This document shows, piece by piece, positions 47,362 through 60,050 of a stretch of DNA of 64,000 nucleotides (position 1 is the first letter of the stretch; every line of letters starts with the position of its first letter). A program made the translations under genes and the position numbers. This stretch comes from Spironucleus salmonicida (taxonomy: Eukaryota). Under the pieces are notes generated by a model. That model was not told the origin of the DNA. It was given only the letters and a program-made list of their open reading frames with translations, and did not search any database. The stretch covers positions 1 to 64,000 of the forward strand of contig NC_090597.1 of NCBI RefSeq assembly GCF_000497125.1. The letters run 5' to 3'.

Positions 47362-48214
47362 CTGGAATACTAACTTGTGGTAGGTCATCTGCAGTAAACT
47401 AATTATATATAATATACCCATTTACACGAAATAACCTCCCGTGCTCGAGTAGCTGTAAAGTATCAACGTGGGGTGCGATGTGTATACGAAGAAACAGCCA
47501 ATGGCCCTGTACCAATACAATCGAAAGCGCTACCCATTGGAACTTCCTCGTGCCAATTGCGTGCTTTCCGAGTGGCCAGCGCCAACTCCAAGACGCCAGA
47601 ACGCGCCCAAACACGGGGGTGCCTCCCAGACCTGCACGCCCTGTTGCACTCTTAAGAACCAAGCCTCTCGCATGGGCACCATTTCGGTAGCAGCGGCACC
47701 TCGAACTCGCTGCGCTGCATCAAATTTGCACCCTACGGCACAGGAGCGCAGATTTCAGAAGTTTGCCCGCTAGCCGGCTGTTCGCGGCGACGAGAGTTCG
47801 GGTGCGGTTCGCTGAAGAGCTGGGCATCTGCTCATTGCAAGGCAGTGCGCACGTGCAGGTAGAACTGCAGCGAGAAGCTGGCGAATGATATTTTTATGGT
47901 AGTAGCTATAGTAGGACATAATACTATTAATAGTTTTCACCTAAAACTAGTTTCGCTGTATGTTTCCAGTAACAGTAACTAATCCTCATTCCACTCCGCA
48001 GTTTTAGATTATTGTACATTTGGTATAATATCAACAATAGAGTCTATGAAACTCGCTTAAAATAGAAGATACCATAATTAGTACTTCTGCATATTTTGTT
48101 TCCATTTCATAAATACTATATATTACCGTTAGTTCCCCTAATCTATTGAAACTAAAAACCCGGCCAAGCTGAATACTTTCTAACCTCTGTTGCATTCGCC
48201 TCGGGTCTTCAAAA

Positions 48215-49744
48215 ATGTTGGCGGTATTAGCAGGGTACGCGCAGCTCCAGGCGTGCTACTCCGACCTGACCACCCTGGAGGTGTCCCAGGTGCAGGGTAC
48301 GTTGATCATCCACATCGAGCCGACCGGTAGCGCGGCATGCGGCAACCTGCCGACTGCGGTGAACGTCCGACTCCTGTTCACGCGGAAAGACCTGGACGTA
48401 CAGACCGTGCTCACGGACTTCGCATACGGGACTACGCTGCTGATCCAGATCCCAGTCGCCGACATCAAGCTATACGTCGACGTCAAGGCAGCCCAGCTCG
48501 AGATCCGCAGCTACAGCGAGGTCTTCATGCAGCAGATCTCCCAGATCACGCTCACCCGCAACAGCGAGGCAGAGGTTTTCAGCAACCTCCTGGTGGAGTA
48601 CGACCAGAAAGTCTTCACCGCGACCGCCTCCTTCCCGAAGGCATTCACAACGCTGGCCGTGACTAACGCCACGCTCATCGTCACCAACTTCATACAGTCG
48701 TACCCACTCTCATATGATAGTTCATCAGTGAAGACTGAGACCACTGCTAAAACCATATCCATCGGCTTCTCCAATAAGGATCTGTCCCCCATCCTCTACA
48801 ACACCGGGATCCTCTCCATAATGCTGGTATGCACCTACGGCTCCAACGACATCGAGGCCACCGGGAAGGTGTCCACCATCACCCTATCGTATAAGGGCCA
48901 AGACTCCCCAGGGGTGATATCGGCAGTGAGCGCGTACGGCAACAACCTGTTCCTGATGATAGACAGCTCCGAGAGCTTGAAAACGGAACTAATGAAGGCT
49001 GCCTAGGTTAAGCTGGTGATCGAGGTGAACGACTTCGCCTGTACCCTCGTCGCGCAGTTCGCGGCAGCACTGCTCTCGGAGAACATCAAACTGAATGGAA
49101 AGCTCCAGCTCAACATGGACGAGCAGGTCTTCTCCCCGGTGGACGATGGCTTCCTGCAGCCGCCTGAGTGCCTGCAGCTGGTGTTCGACAAGGGCGAGAG
49201 CGTGATCGTCAGCATGGCCCTGTACAAGGACGAGGTTCCACTGAACCGGTTCAGCTTCACCTTCGCCAACATCCGCAAGACGTGCTTCTCGGACACGCAC
49301 ATGGTGCTAGAGGCCGGCTTCATCCGCGTAACGTCAACGAACAACTGCCCGCAGCCAAAGCCCTACAAGGCCAATGTTACCATCTAGCTGTTTCCTACGC
49401 AGGCGAACTAGGTTACTAACAGTGTCACCAATGTGGCAACTGCCGAGTTTCTGCTGGACACGCACCTCGACATCGAGATTCGCATCCCGGAAGCGAAGAC
49501 GATCCGCTAAATTCAGGACGCGTACAACTACTAGTTGCTGATCACGAGGGCCAACGGAGACTTCGTGGACTCGCTTTACCCCGACTTCTAGACGGTGACG
49601 CTGATGGAGATAATATTCTACAATATTATCATAATTGCAGCATCGATGGTTGCCGGCGGGGCGCTCGGCGGCGTTATCATATTCGGAAAGACCAAGCTAC
49701 GGATGAAGAAGCTGCGGCCAAAGCCCGAAATGGACGAGATATGA
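48215..49744 (+). CDS. Uncharacterised single-pass membrane protein, 509 aa (copy 1)
   Basis: Track ORFs 48215 and 49016 join through TAG=Gln. Short hydrophobic N-terminus, C-terminal TM IIIIAASMVAGGALGGVIIFG, basic tail, GC-rich codons. Confidence 0.88.
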
Positions 49745-50465
49745 CTGTTTGAACTTATAATTCTAAGTATAATATTATAATATAAATATATAATTTAATC
49801 TCAAAAATTTTAATTATAATTAAATTTAACATACTGAATTATTTAAAAACGGAATTATTATTATTTTTATTAAATAATTATTAAAAAGTGGTAGTATTTT
49901 ATATTTAGTATAATTAATCTGAAAATATTGAACTTTAAATTTATATATAAATAAAGTGTATAATTATAATTATAGACACGCTTTTAAAATTTCAACATTA
50001 AAAATAATGATTGGTTTTTATTTTATTGAATTAAAAATTATTTTAACTGTCTTATAAATAAATATTACACCATTGTCTAGATTTGTTGATATAATGAATT
50101 TTATGAAACTTTGATGTTCCCAAGTGTAATACTACAATTGCTAATAAAATTATGAGTATAATATTAATAATAAAGTTGATTATCAAAAGTAAATATTTTA
50201 TTAGCAGTGTTAAAATTATAGTTATAGTCATCTTTAAAATATTATTTTGAATAATAACTAATTTAATATAATAATTGTAATATACATTTAATGATTCAAT
50301 CTTTATATAGTAATAAATATATAGAATAATGAAATTAGTGATAATCCATCATTTAAAAATCATATTAACAGATGTATATAGGACATATAAGTTTTGCATC
50401 TTTATATAACTTCTCATTCTCAACATGCAATATTAGTTCTCTTAGGCTAACGATTTACTACCTAA

Positions 50466-50654
50466 ATGTTACTGACAACTGTGATCGACCCGGTGACGAT
50501 CATCGCGCACGATATTCTGCACCTGACCCAGCGGTTCACGTCCATGGAGAATGACGTACTGGGAACGGCGGACCAGCTCGGGATGCGCGACGCGCTGCAG
50601 CGGCTGGACGCCGGGATTCGCATGGCGGCGGAGTACCTGGGCGAGAGGGAGTGA
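50466..50654 (+). CDS. Small coiled-coil protein, HSBP1-like (62 aa)
   Basis: GC-rich codons, stop within AGTGA; ILHLTQRFTSMENDVLGTADQLGMR resembles the HSBP1 helix pattern. Confidence 0.55.
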   Translation: MLLTTVIDPVTIIAHDILHLTQRFTSMENDVLGTADQLGMRDALQRLDAGIRMAAEYLGERE

Positions 50655-50673
50655 CAGGGTAAACAAGAATATA

Positions 50674-51033
50674 TCACTGGTCCTGGGACTTCTTGGACTT
50701 GGAGGTGTGCTTCTTCTCGTCCTCGAGTCTGGCGACACCGCCGTCGCGGATGACGACGTCCTTGAAGATCTCGTTGAGCTCCTTGTCCTTGCGGATGGCG
50801 TTCACGATGTTGTTGGGGGTGATACGCTTGGTGGACTTCTTGTCCTTCTGGTTGAGGGCTTCCTTGAACACCTCGTCGATGACGGACTCGAGGATGGCGG
50901 CCATGTAGACGGGGGCGTCGGAGGAGATACGGTCGGCGTAGCGGCCCTCCTTGAGATGCCTGTGGATACGACCGACGGGGAAGATGATACCGGCACGGGT
51001 GGATCTGGACTTGGCTTTGTTGTCAATGGCCAT
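50674..51033 (-). CDS. H2A: Histone H2A with C-terminal SQDQ
   Basis: SRSTRAGIIFPVGRIHRHLKEGRYADRI..DAPVYMAAILE; RITP...AIRKDKELN; GGV. Confidence 0.97.
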   Translation of the reverse strand: MAIDNKAKSRSTRAGIIFPVGRIHRHLKEGRYADRISSDAPVYMAAILESVIDEVFKEALNQKDKKSTKRITPNNIVNAIRKDKELNEIFKDVVIRDGGVARLEDEKKHTSKSKKSQDQ

Positions 51034-51070
51034 TTTTGAAGGGGAAAATCGGGGGAACGGGGGTGCCGGG
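51034..51070 (-). promoter_or_regulatory. C-rich tract immediately upstream of the H2A start codon
   Basis: Minus strand reads cacccccgttcccccgattttccccttcaaaaATG; similar pyrimidine/C-rich tracts precede the ATGs at 23705 and 39943. Confidence 0.5.
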
Positions 51071-52755
51071 CCTAGCGACTCGCGCAGGTTCGAATTTCTG
51101 TAAATCCCTTATCCTTACTATTATATATAGTATGTAATTATATAATATTAGTTAATTATATTGATTATAAAAAAGGTCTAGTTTTTTATTATATTTAAAA
51201 CTCATCAGATAGGTATAATAATATTCTTTTACATATTTATCTGTTTCTATTAACATCATTATTATGTATAATAAGTTTAAGAAAACTTTTTATAAGTTAA
51301 GTAAATTATTTTACTTTTAGTCAATGTTAACGGGATTAAATATTTTGATGTGTTAACTGTTAATTATATATTTATTATTCTTAGTAAAGTAATAGAATCA
51401 TTTTACATTTCATTCAATGTTTATATGCTATAAAATATCTACAAATTAATTCTCATCATTAGACAACATTTATGAATCCGATAGAGAAAGATTGCAAAAT
51501 TCTAATTTGAAGTCACAAAATAAAATTAGCTTAATTTAATCACAGAATAAATTTTCTGATAGTGGGATTTTCATTGATTTATATGTATTAGGCATCTGTC
51601 TTCTTTTCATGTGCATCAACTTATTTCCTTTCATTCTAAACAATATAAGGAAATAATAGTATTATCAGTGTTCAATTTAATATAAATTATTCCATATCAG
51701 TTAGTTCTTACCAACTTCAGATAACTGATACTTTAATAAAATGCTTAATATTTTTATAAATGTTAAATATATTTTTACTTGGTTTAAATTTAAAATATAT
51801 TACTAGATGTAATATTATTTTGATTTTGAATTTAAAACTTGAGTTACATTGATTTAAAAATAGAATGTATAATAATTGTAATTATTAATAATATGAATTC
51901 ATATAACTTGTGGTGTATACTTTTTATTAGTGTGAGTATTATATATTATTATTAAATAAAAAGTATTCCTTTAAGTTCATATTTATAAACTAATGATAGT
52001 TAAAAATAATAATATACAATAATAATCTTATTATTGTGTCTATTTATATTAAATATTTAATATAATATTTATTTCGTTTAAATTCTGATTATCTTATTAT
52101 AATTAGGTTAAAATTACAAATAATAATTATGTTTTAAGTTTAACTTAATTTTAACATAATTAAAATAACTATGATATGAATATATTGTTTAAGATGAAAA
52201 ATATAAAATTTAAACTAAAATATATCATAATGACTAGATTTATTCAAAATCTTATGATTATTAGTCAAAATATTCTGAACTAGATTTAAATATTGAAATA
52301 AATAATTATTACAATCTTGGATTTTATTTAAAAAATCAAAATATATTAATTGGATAATAAACTATAGTCCTCATAATAGTAATTTATAGTTTATAGCAAT
52401 GATTATATACTAATAACCATATTTGAGATATTGTATAATTTTATTTTCCTATCACTTCATTTTATTATATTTGAAGATAATTTATATATAGATAATAATT
52501 CATGTGTATAAAATGTCATTATTGTAAATTGACAATTATGCTAGAAATAGTGTGTTTAGATAACTATTAAAGAATCGTTATCAGCAACCTTATAGAAGCA
52601 TAATAACTCGGGAAAGTCGCCATTAACAATCTATTCAAATAATATTGTCCACTAAGAAATCATAAAACTTAAAATTTATGCAAAGTTAATATTATCTTTA
52701 CCAAGTTATTCAGAAACAAATATTAATTTTATGAAGAAATTATCGCAAACTTCAT

Positions 52756-54165
52756 TCAAAAAACTTAATTGCTAGAATTGTTAGCCTTCTCCAACAATGA
52801 TCGCTCAAACTATTATTTATTCGATATCTTACGCTTTTTTATCACCAACACGGTAATTACGATACTCATTATCACTGTAAGTCCCGCAATGACGCCGACC
52901 ACGATGTAAATAATTTGATTTCCCGCATTATTCTCTATGCATAGCTGAGGATTTACAATACAGTCCACACATTATCCACCTCGCAAAGTTAACCCCTGCA
53001 CGCATCTCTCGCATTAAATATCTGTACCACACTTGGTGCAATTTTTCAGCAAGCTACCGCAGTTGCATGCCTCACCAGTCTGAAGATCCTCACAACTGAT
53101 ACAAGCACCAGCTCGCAGTGTGTTAGATTATGAGCACGAACTGCAAATTGTCCCCTCGCATTTTAAGCATTTTTCGATCAGATTCCCTCCACAATTGCAG
53201 TATTCGCTCCTAATATTTTCGCATTTTTCGCACTTCCCACTCCTTAAAAAATATCCAATTTTGCAGAAATCGCACGTCCCGGACTAAGTACATTTCTGAC
53301 AGCCAGGATCGCATGCCTGACACATATTCAGCTCCCCATCCAAGATGCTGCAGAAGCTCCCAGCGGCGCATCCCGCGTTATTCTGGCACTGGTCCAGCGT
53401 ACAGCGCCCACCTATCAAGTTTAAACCACTTGAACAGACCGTGCATGCGTCATTTTCGCACTATATGCAGTTCTCGACAGCCTGTGTCCCGCAATTGCAG
53501 ATCGCTCCGGACGGTTAGTTGACTGTGCAGGGCGTGCAGGTGCCGGAATCCAAGAAGTTGTTGATTTTGCATGAAACGCACGTTTCCGGCGTGTTCGCGC
53601 ATAGGACGCATGAAGCCGAACAAGCCTCACAGCGATTCTGCTCGGTGAGGCTGACCACGCAGATCTCGCCTTTTTGGCACTGGTCGTCTGCTTAGCACTC
53701 GTCTAGGACGCATGAGCTGTCTGCGAGCCTGTAGTTCGTGCGGCACTCTAGGCAGCTGTCGAAGTCGCAGGTGATGCAGTTAGCAATTTGGTTGGTCGCA
53801 CAATGGCATTTGCTGTCGACTGGCATCGCGTTATCGCACTTCTGGCACTTTTAGGGCGTATCGTACTGCCCGGAAACGCACTGAATGCAAATCTCTAAAG
53901 ATTCGCATCTTATACAGCTTTCTTTGCAGAATCGACAGGTTTAGCCGCTCAGGAAAGACGAATTTGCGCAGGTAGTACATTTTTCTGCCTCGCAGGAAGC
54001 ACAGTTTGGAATGGGGCTTATGCTCTCAGAACACTTGCAGGAAGCCAAAAAAGGCTGGGTTGGAGAGCAAGGGATGCACGGAGTATTGTTTTATGGTCTT
54101 TGAGGGCAAAAATGAGACAGTGAGCAGTTGTTAGTGGAGTTTGAGCATGTTCCTGGGTCTGCCAT
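52756..54165 (-). CDS. Cysteine-rich membrane protein (CRMP2/HCMP-like), 469 aa
   Basis: Intact frame with many CxxC and CxC motifs, TM IIYIVVGVIAGLTVIMSIVITVLVI, KKRK and a ~25-aa tail. Confidence 0.9.
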
Positions 54166-55361
54166 AATAAATGATGGAATGGAAAGTATAGTTGCTTTCA
54201 AATGAGAAGGAGGAAATACATGGGTTGAACGCGATATTATCGAGAAACTAAAACTAGAAATAGGAAATTACGAGGATTGCTAGTGTTAGCTTGAATAGTA
54301 CAGTAAAACTGAAACTGCACCTTATTTTACAATGAAATATAAATATAATTAGATAAGTTACGATACTGAAATTTGAGATTAACAAACCAATAAAATGAGT
54401 TTATGAGTATATATTACATGTTTATTTATAAATAATTTAATATTGTATAGTTAATATTAGTTTTAGTAGCGTTTTTATAGTAGTGCAATAATATTAAAAT
54501 ATTATCAACCAGTTATAGTATTTATGTAAAGCTGCTTAGTTCAATTAATAAACACTACTATTTTATTCACATAATAAGTATTTCATAAGGATATAGTAAA
54601 CTAACACTATTAGTATTGATATTACGAAAACTACTATTCTAATAATTTTTTATTAAAGTCTTTAAATTTAAGAATATAAGAATATTAATCATATTCAAAA
54701 ATATATAATACATATTATACAGTATATAAACGTATTCCATAAACAATGCAAAAAAAATAATAGAAATTAATGAGATGCATATTGCATTTATGTTTGCAAT
54801 GTTGCCAATTTACTAGCTATGAATAACTCAAGTCTTAAGAAATATATCCTATTCAATTCAAAAAAAAAATCTTTCAAACAAGTTTGCGGTAAATATAACT
54901 TGACAAATTGCTTGATTCATGTGTCTTTTCAAGTGATTCTAATTACCGATTAAAACAATATCTACAATATTTAATATTATACATTAATATCTTATTATTT
55001 TTTGCTTTTATTTTCATTTTGATTTAGAAACCTTTATACTAAAATAAAATCAAATTATACAAGTAAATTTATGATATCTTATTACTACGATTTGCAGCAA
55101 TTTTCTCTGAATGAAAAAACTATCTGACCTTTACAGTAAATACTCATATATTTCCACAATTCACTCACTATTATTCTCTAAATACCCGCACCCCACGTAC
55201 TATTTTATCACCCTATTTATCCTATTAAATAACATTGTTCTCAAACTATAAAATTTCGCAATTAATTTTAATCTAATTCCATTATATTTTATATATATTA
55301 TTTTATCAAAAAATTACTATCATTTTAAAACTACCAAATACGATTTTTCGTAAAACCCAAA

Positions 55362-56897
55362 ATGGGATGCGGCTCGGAAATTGCACCCCCAGCGACAATT
55401 CTAAGCAACGAATCGACCCAGAATCATACCCCCATCCACGGAAAATCCTCAACCAAACCAGCTGAGGAGCGTTTTGCGCTGCACACGAAAACGCGATTCC
55501 CAGTGGCCACAATCGACATCACAAAAGGCCCAATCGACAAGACTTTCTCGGTCCAACTGGACTACTCGAAATGCATCGGCTGCCACAACTGCGCCCGCGC
55601 GTGCGACGAGTGGCAGGGCTTCCACGTCATCACGAAGGGCCCCGTGAAGATCCCGCCCTATATATAAACCTACGCTCTAAATCGTGAGCTGAACGACGAA
55701 ACGCACCGCATTCGCCTCGACACTACCGACTGCGTGGGCTGCGGGAACTGCGTCTCCGCGTGCCCCACGAACGCCTTCCAGCCCAGAAACCAGGTCCAGG
55801 AGGTGCTGGAGGCGCTCCAGTCGAATAAAGTGAAGGTTGCGGTTCTGGCACCTGCTACACGCGTGGGCCTCGCGGAGGCGTTCGGGATGGGCGTTGGCGC
55901 AACTTGCGAGCGCCAGCTCGTAAAAGCGCTCCGGGGCGTCGGATTCCAGTACGTTTTCGATAACCTCTACGGGGCTGATATAACCACACGCGAGGATGCT
56001 GCTGAGGTGCTCAAAGCCAAATCGGAGAAAAAGGGGCCAGTATTCACCTCTTGCTGCCCTGCGTGGGTTAATTTGTGCGAGCGAAAGTACCCGCAGCTTT
56101 TGGGTAGGCTATCGACTGCAAAATCACCGCATGGGAGCATCTGCACGCTAATTAAGAGGTAGTTTGCAGCGTCGATAGGCAAGAAAGCCAAGGATCTGTG
56201 TGTGGTAGGGTGCATGCCCTGCACGGCGAAAAAGGACGAGGCCGCTAGGAAAGAACTCACCACCGATGGGGTGCCTGACTGTGATATCAGCATAACTTCT
56301 CGCGAGATTTTTGACTTTTTGAAATCTAAAAATATTGAGTTCACAAATGAAAAGGAAAAAGAATTAGAACATGATGAAATGGCTAAAATAGATGCTCCAT
56401 ATGCTTAGGTGTCTGGGTCTGCTTATATTTATGGTAAAACCGCAGGCGTTACTGAGTCTATTGTTAGGTATTTAGGAGCAAAACTAAACACGGAAGTTGC
56501 TTTCGGAGAGATTGTCCCTAAAACTATATTCTTAGACGAGAAAACTAAGCATTCTGTAAAATAATATGATGTGCTTTTATCTGGGTAAGTGTATAAATTT
56601 GTTGTTGCCACTGGTGGTTCGGCTCTTCGTAAAACGGCTGAAATGGTAATGGCTAATGAACTAGAATGTGACTCAATTGAAATGATGGCATGTTTACATG
56701 GATGTCAAGGTGGAGGTGGTCAACCTAAAAATATGAAAAAGATGGAGATTCCAACTAGAGCAACAGGGCTAAATGAAGCAGATACTAAACTCAGAAATAG
56801 CAGTAGTTTTGATAATAAATCTCTAGATGCTGTTTATGATAAGCTAGGAAAGTAAGTTCACGAATATTTTCATACTTAATATAGCGTTTGGAAGTGA
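55362..56897 (+). CDS. hydA: [FeFe]-hydrogenase with two ferredoxin-type clusters, 511 aa
   Basis: CIGCHNCARAC and CVGCGNCVSACP; H-cluster motifs FTSCCPAW, MPCTAKKDE and EMMACLHGCQGGGGQP; one frame, stop in AAGTGA. Confidence 0.96.
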
Positions 56898-57159
56898 TTC
56901 TAATTGTACATGTTTATTATAATTTCTTTTATTAATATATGAATTAGAAAACACTAATAATATGATTTTACATATTACTTTAGACCTGATTTATTAAAAA
57001 CTATATTCGCATTATAAAAAATTTTGCATAACCAGTATATAATTATATAACTAACGAATTCTAAAATGTTTAACATTACAAATCACAAACAATATTATCT
57101 GCCTTTTATATGTTATACACTTAATTCTACTTTCTACAAATATTTCCACTCCCAATACA

Positions 57160-57534
57160 ATGACTACTATTTGCTAACCTTCTTAAATCCTCATAGAAGG
57201 ATTTTGCTACGAAGACAATTGTGGTGATTGCAATACACATGGAAAATGCACGCCTTCTCCTTTTATTGCCGGAACTGCTTAGTGCGAATGTGAAGCTAAC
57301 TTCACTAATGCTTCATAATGCTCTGAGTGTGTATTTGGTTTTGTTATAAAGGAAAATAGTTGTGTTGAGAATAAAACACTAGATATTGAGCTTATTGTAG
57401 GTATTTTTGGTGGATGTTTGATATTAGCTGTTATTATAGGTGTTTCTGTCGTTATTTGCTCCATTATCAAAAAGAAGAAATAGGCAAATGCTGATTACTT
57501 AGAAGTCCCTCTTTAAGCTGATGATGTTATATGA
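57160..57534 (+). CDS. Small EGF-like cysteine-rich membrane protein, 124 aa
   Basis: CNTHGKC...QCECEANF...CSECVFGF; TM LIVGIFGGCLILAVIIGVSVVICSII; KKKK; tail containing YLEV. Confidence 0.8.
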
Positions 57535-57832
57535 TATTCTTTGTTTATATTTAATTATGAATCATTTTTTTAATAATATGTTTTAACTTTACTAAGACAT
57601 AGTTTTTCAAACTATTTCTGGTTTTAATAAAAATATTTAATATTTTAATATAGTTTCTTATATAATACTTAATCATAATTAATCAACTTATTAACTTTAA
57701 TAAGTTTTCAAATGAATCAAATTTTAAATATTTACAATCTAAATAATAGTTACAGGTTACTTAGAATTCACTCATTATAAATATTATCTTCGGCAAACAA
57801 TAAAACAAAACATTTAATAAGAAAACGTAAAA

Positions 57833-59341
57833 TCATTTAATTAATTCTAACATATCATCAGGCTTTCTGGTATAATATCTTACAATTTCGTCAGGGAAGC
57901 ATTAATTGCACTGTTCGATAGCTTCAAAAAGTCTTGTGCCGCTTTCAGCCTCTATTTATTATAATCTAGCTAGACCGCCGCTGGTAACGAATTACCTTCT
58001 GGCTTGAACATCCTTAGGAAGTATTTTAGCATACTGAGCAACTACATGTTTCAATATCTGAGGTGGTGCCTGGTGCAATAATGGGTCTAAAGCAGGTAAT
58101 TAATTTGTCTTTTAGACAATAAACTTTATGCTTCTCTTGCACTTTTACTTTAAATCTTCACTAGAGTTCTCGCTCATGAAAAGACCTAATAATTTAGGCA
58201 AAACGTTGGCATCACAAACAGCACGAGCGTGCTCCGGTGTATGGCGACCAATTTGGCCGAGAACCCAAACGGTAGCAGCGATAATGTGGTCTTCTGACTC
58301 GCTAACTAAGCAGCTGACAAGAGGAGTCACACCCTTGGCGACTATGATGCTGAGAGCAAGAGTCTCAGAAAATGCAGAAATGAACCCGATTGCCATGATG
58401 CCAGGAAGACGGTTTTAGCCCCTGTTTACGCTAATAAACTCGATCAAAGCACCAATTCCACCTGCGCTAACGACAGTCTGGGCCAGCTCGCTGGTGTGCT
58501 TCACAATTTCGCGTATCAGAGTTGCAGCGTTACGAGCGCAAATTTCGTCCTTATCGCGAAGCAGATTGAGCGATTTGGGGAAGATATCACCGTCGATTAC
58601 GAGCTCTGCGAGCTCTACGGAGTGTTTGGAAATCTGGGCGAGGCACGCGCATACCTGGCGACGGACCTTGCAGTCCTTGGAGTTGATCAACGGGGCAATG
58701 TAGGAAATCGCACCTGCGTCAACGATCGACTGCGCGAGTTCAGGGGTGTGTTTTGCGATGTCGGAAAGGGCCGAAACGGCGACGTTTTTGAGCGAAAGCT
58801 CGGGCTCCTGCGCGGCGGTAATTAAGAATGGAATAGCACCGGCGTCCACTACGGCGGACGCGAGCTGTTCGTTGTGGCGGGCGATGTACCCAACGGCCCA
58901 GGCGGCGGACTCCTTCACACCGGCGTCAAACTCGTCCAGGCAGGCCACGAGGGGCTCCAGGGCTCCAGAATCGACTACTGCCTGCGCTAGGGTAGGAGAG
59001 TGACGAGATACCGACCTGAGTACGAACGCCGCCGCTTTCTGGTAGTGCCTGTTCTGCTCAGAAATGGAATAGACGAGCTGGGGGAGCACGTCAGAGGCGA
59101 CTATAAGTTCAGCCATTTCCTCTGAGAAGTTTGCCATACGGCCGAGAGCGGTGGCGGCAGCATGCTAGACTGCAGGTACAGAGTCCGCGAGAAGGGCGCG
59201 GCAGAGCTGAACGCCGCCAAGCTACTTTATGGTGTCAACGTTCTGTGGATGTTGCGAAAGTTCAGCAAGATTCTAAACGAAATCTTGACGAGCACGTTAA
59301 TATGTTTCAAAATGAGATACAACAAACCTGTTGGTGGTCAT
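57833..59341 (-). CDS. PF16: Axonemal central-pair armadillo-repeat protein PF16/SPAG6, 502 aa
   Basis: FETYQRARQDFVQNLAELS; VLPQLVYSISEQNRHYQKAAAFVLR; GQIGRHTPEHARAV; CFPDEIVRYY. Confidence 0.95.
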
Positions 59342-59729
59342 TTTTTGAAAGAAATGTGCGCCAAATGTGGAAATGGAAATATATCAATAATATACAATAA
59401 TCAAGATGAATTATAACAAATTATATTAAATTATTATACAAAATTATATATTACATATGCAAGTTATTATCAATATTATATACTTATTATTACATATTTT
59501 GGTTTTTTGAAATCATTAAATTACCTATTTCTGAATGAAATTTATAAACTTTAAAAAATAAAAATAGTAAAGTTAAGTATAATATGTATTTGATAGAATA
59601 AATCCATTATTTGTTTTTGTTGATAAAAAAATTAATAAAAAATTAAGATTATATTCACAATATTTTATTTTAGATAATATTTATATTTGTACAATTTACC
59701 AATAAACCAATTTTTACACTCCATGGAAA

Positions 59730-59978
59730 ATGTCTGAACCTAAGTGCTGTGATATCTTTTGCAAGTGTGTCCCACCTCAGATGCAATCATGCTAATGCAT
59801 ATGCGGTTTTTGCACATGCATCACATTGGGTGGTGCTCTTTGCTGTGCCTCTGCTTGTTGTTATGGATGCAAAAGACCTTCCTGCTGTGCTGTATTGTGC
59901 GCTGGTATTTGCTTCGACTTGGTAGTTATATGGGGATGGATTGCCGGTATTATAGTTGGTGTCAAGATGATGTGCTGA
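59730..59978 (+). CDS. Very small Cys-rich hydrophobic protein (82 aa), Spec3/Stum-like pattern
   Basis: MSEPKCCDIFCKCVPP...GGALCCASACCYGC...VVIWGWIAGIIVGVKMMC*; roughly a quarter Cys; not in the track because of an internal TAA. Confidence 0.7.
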
Positions 59979-60050
59979 TTGAACAGATTATATTTTCATG
60001 GATAATTTTTATATGCATTATAACACTAAATCACTGTATTATATTATACT

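Noticed and set aside
47399-47900. Cluster of overlapping short GC-rich ORFs
   Set aside because: No consistent frame or motif; probably a decayed Cys-rich gene fragment.
48256-49419. Antisense and alternative-frame ORFs over the GC-rich membrane-protein gene (also over H2A, PF16 and 62800-63807)
   Set aside because: Shadow ORFs expected from high GC3 codon usage.
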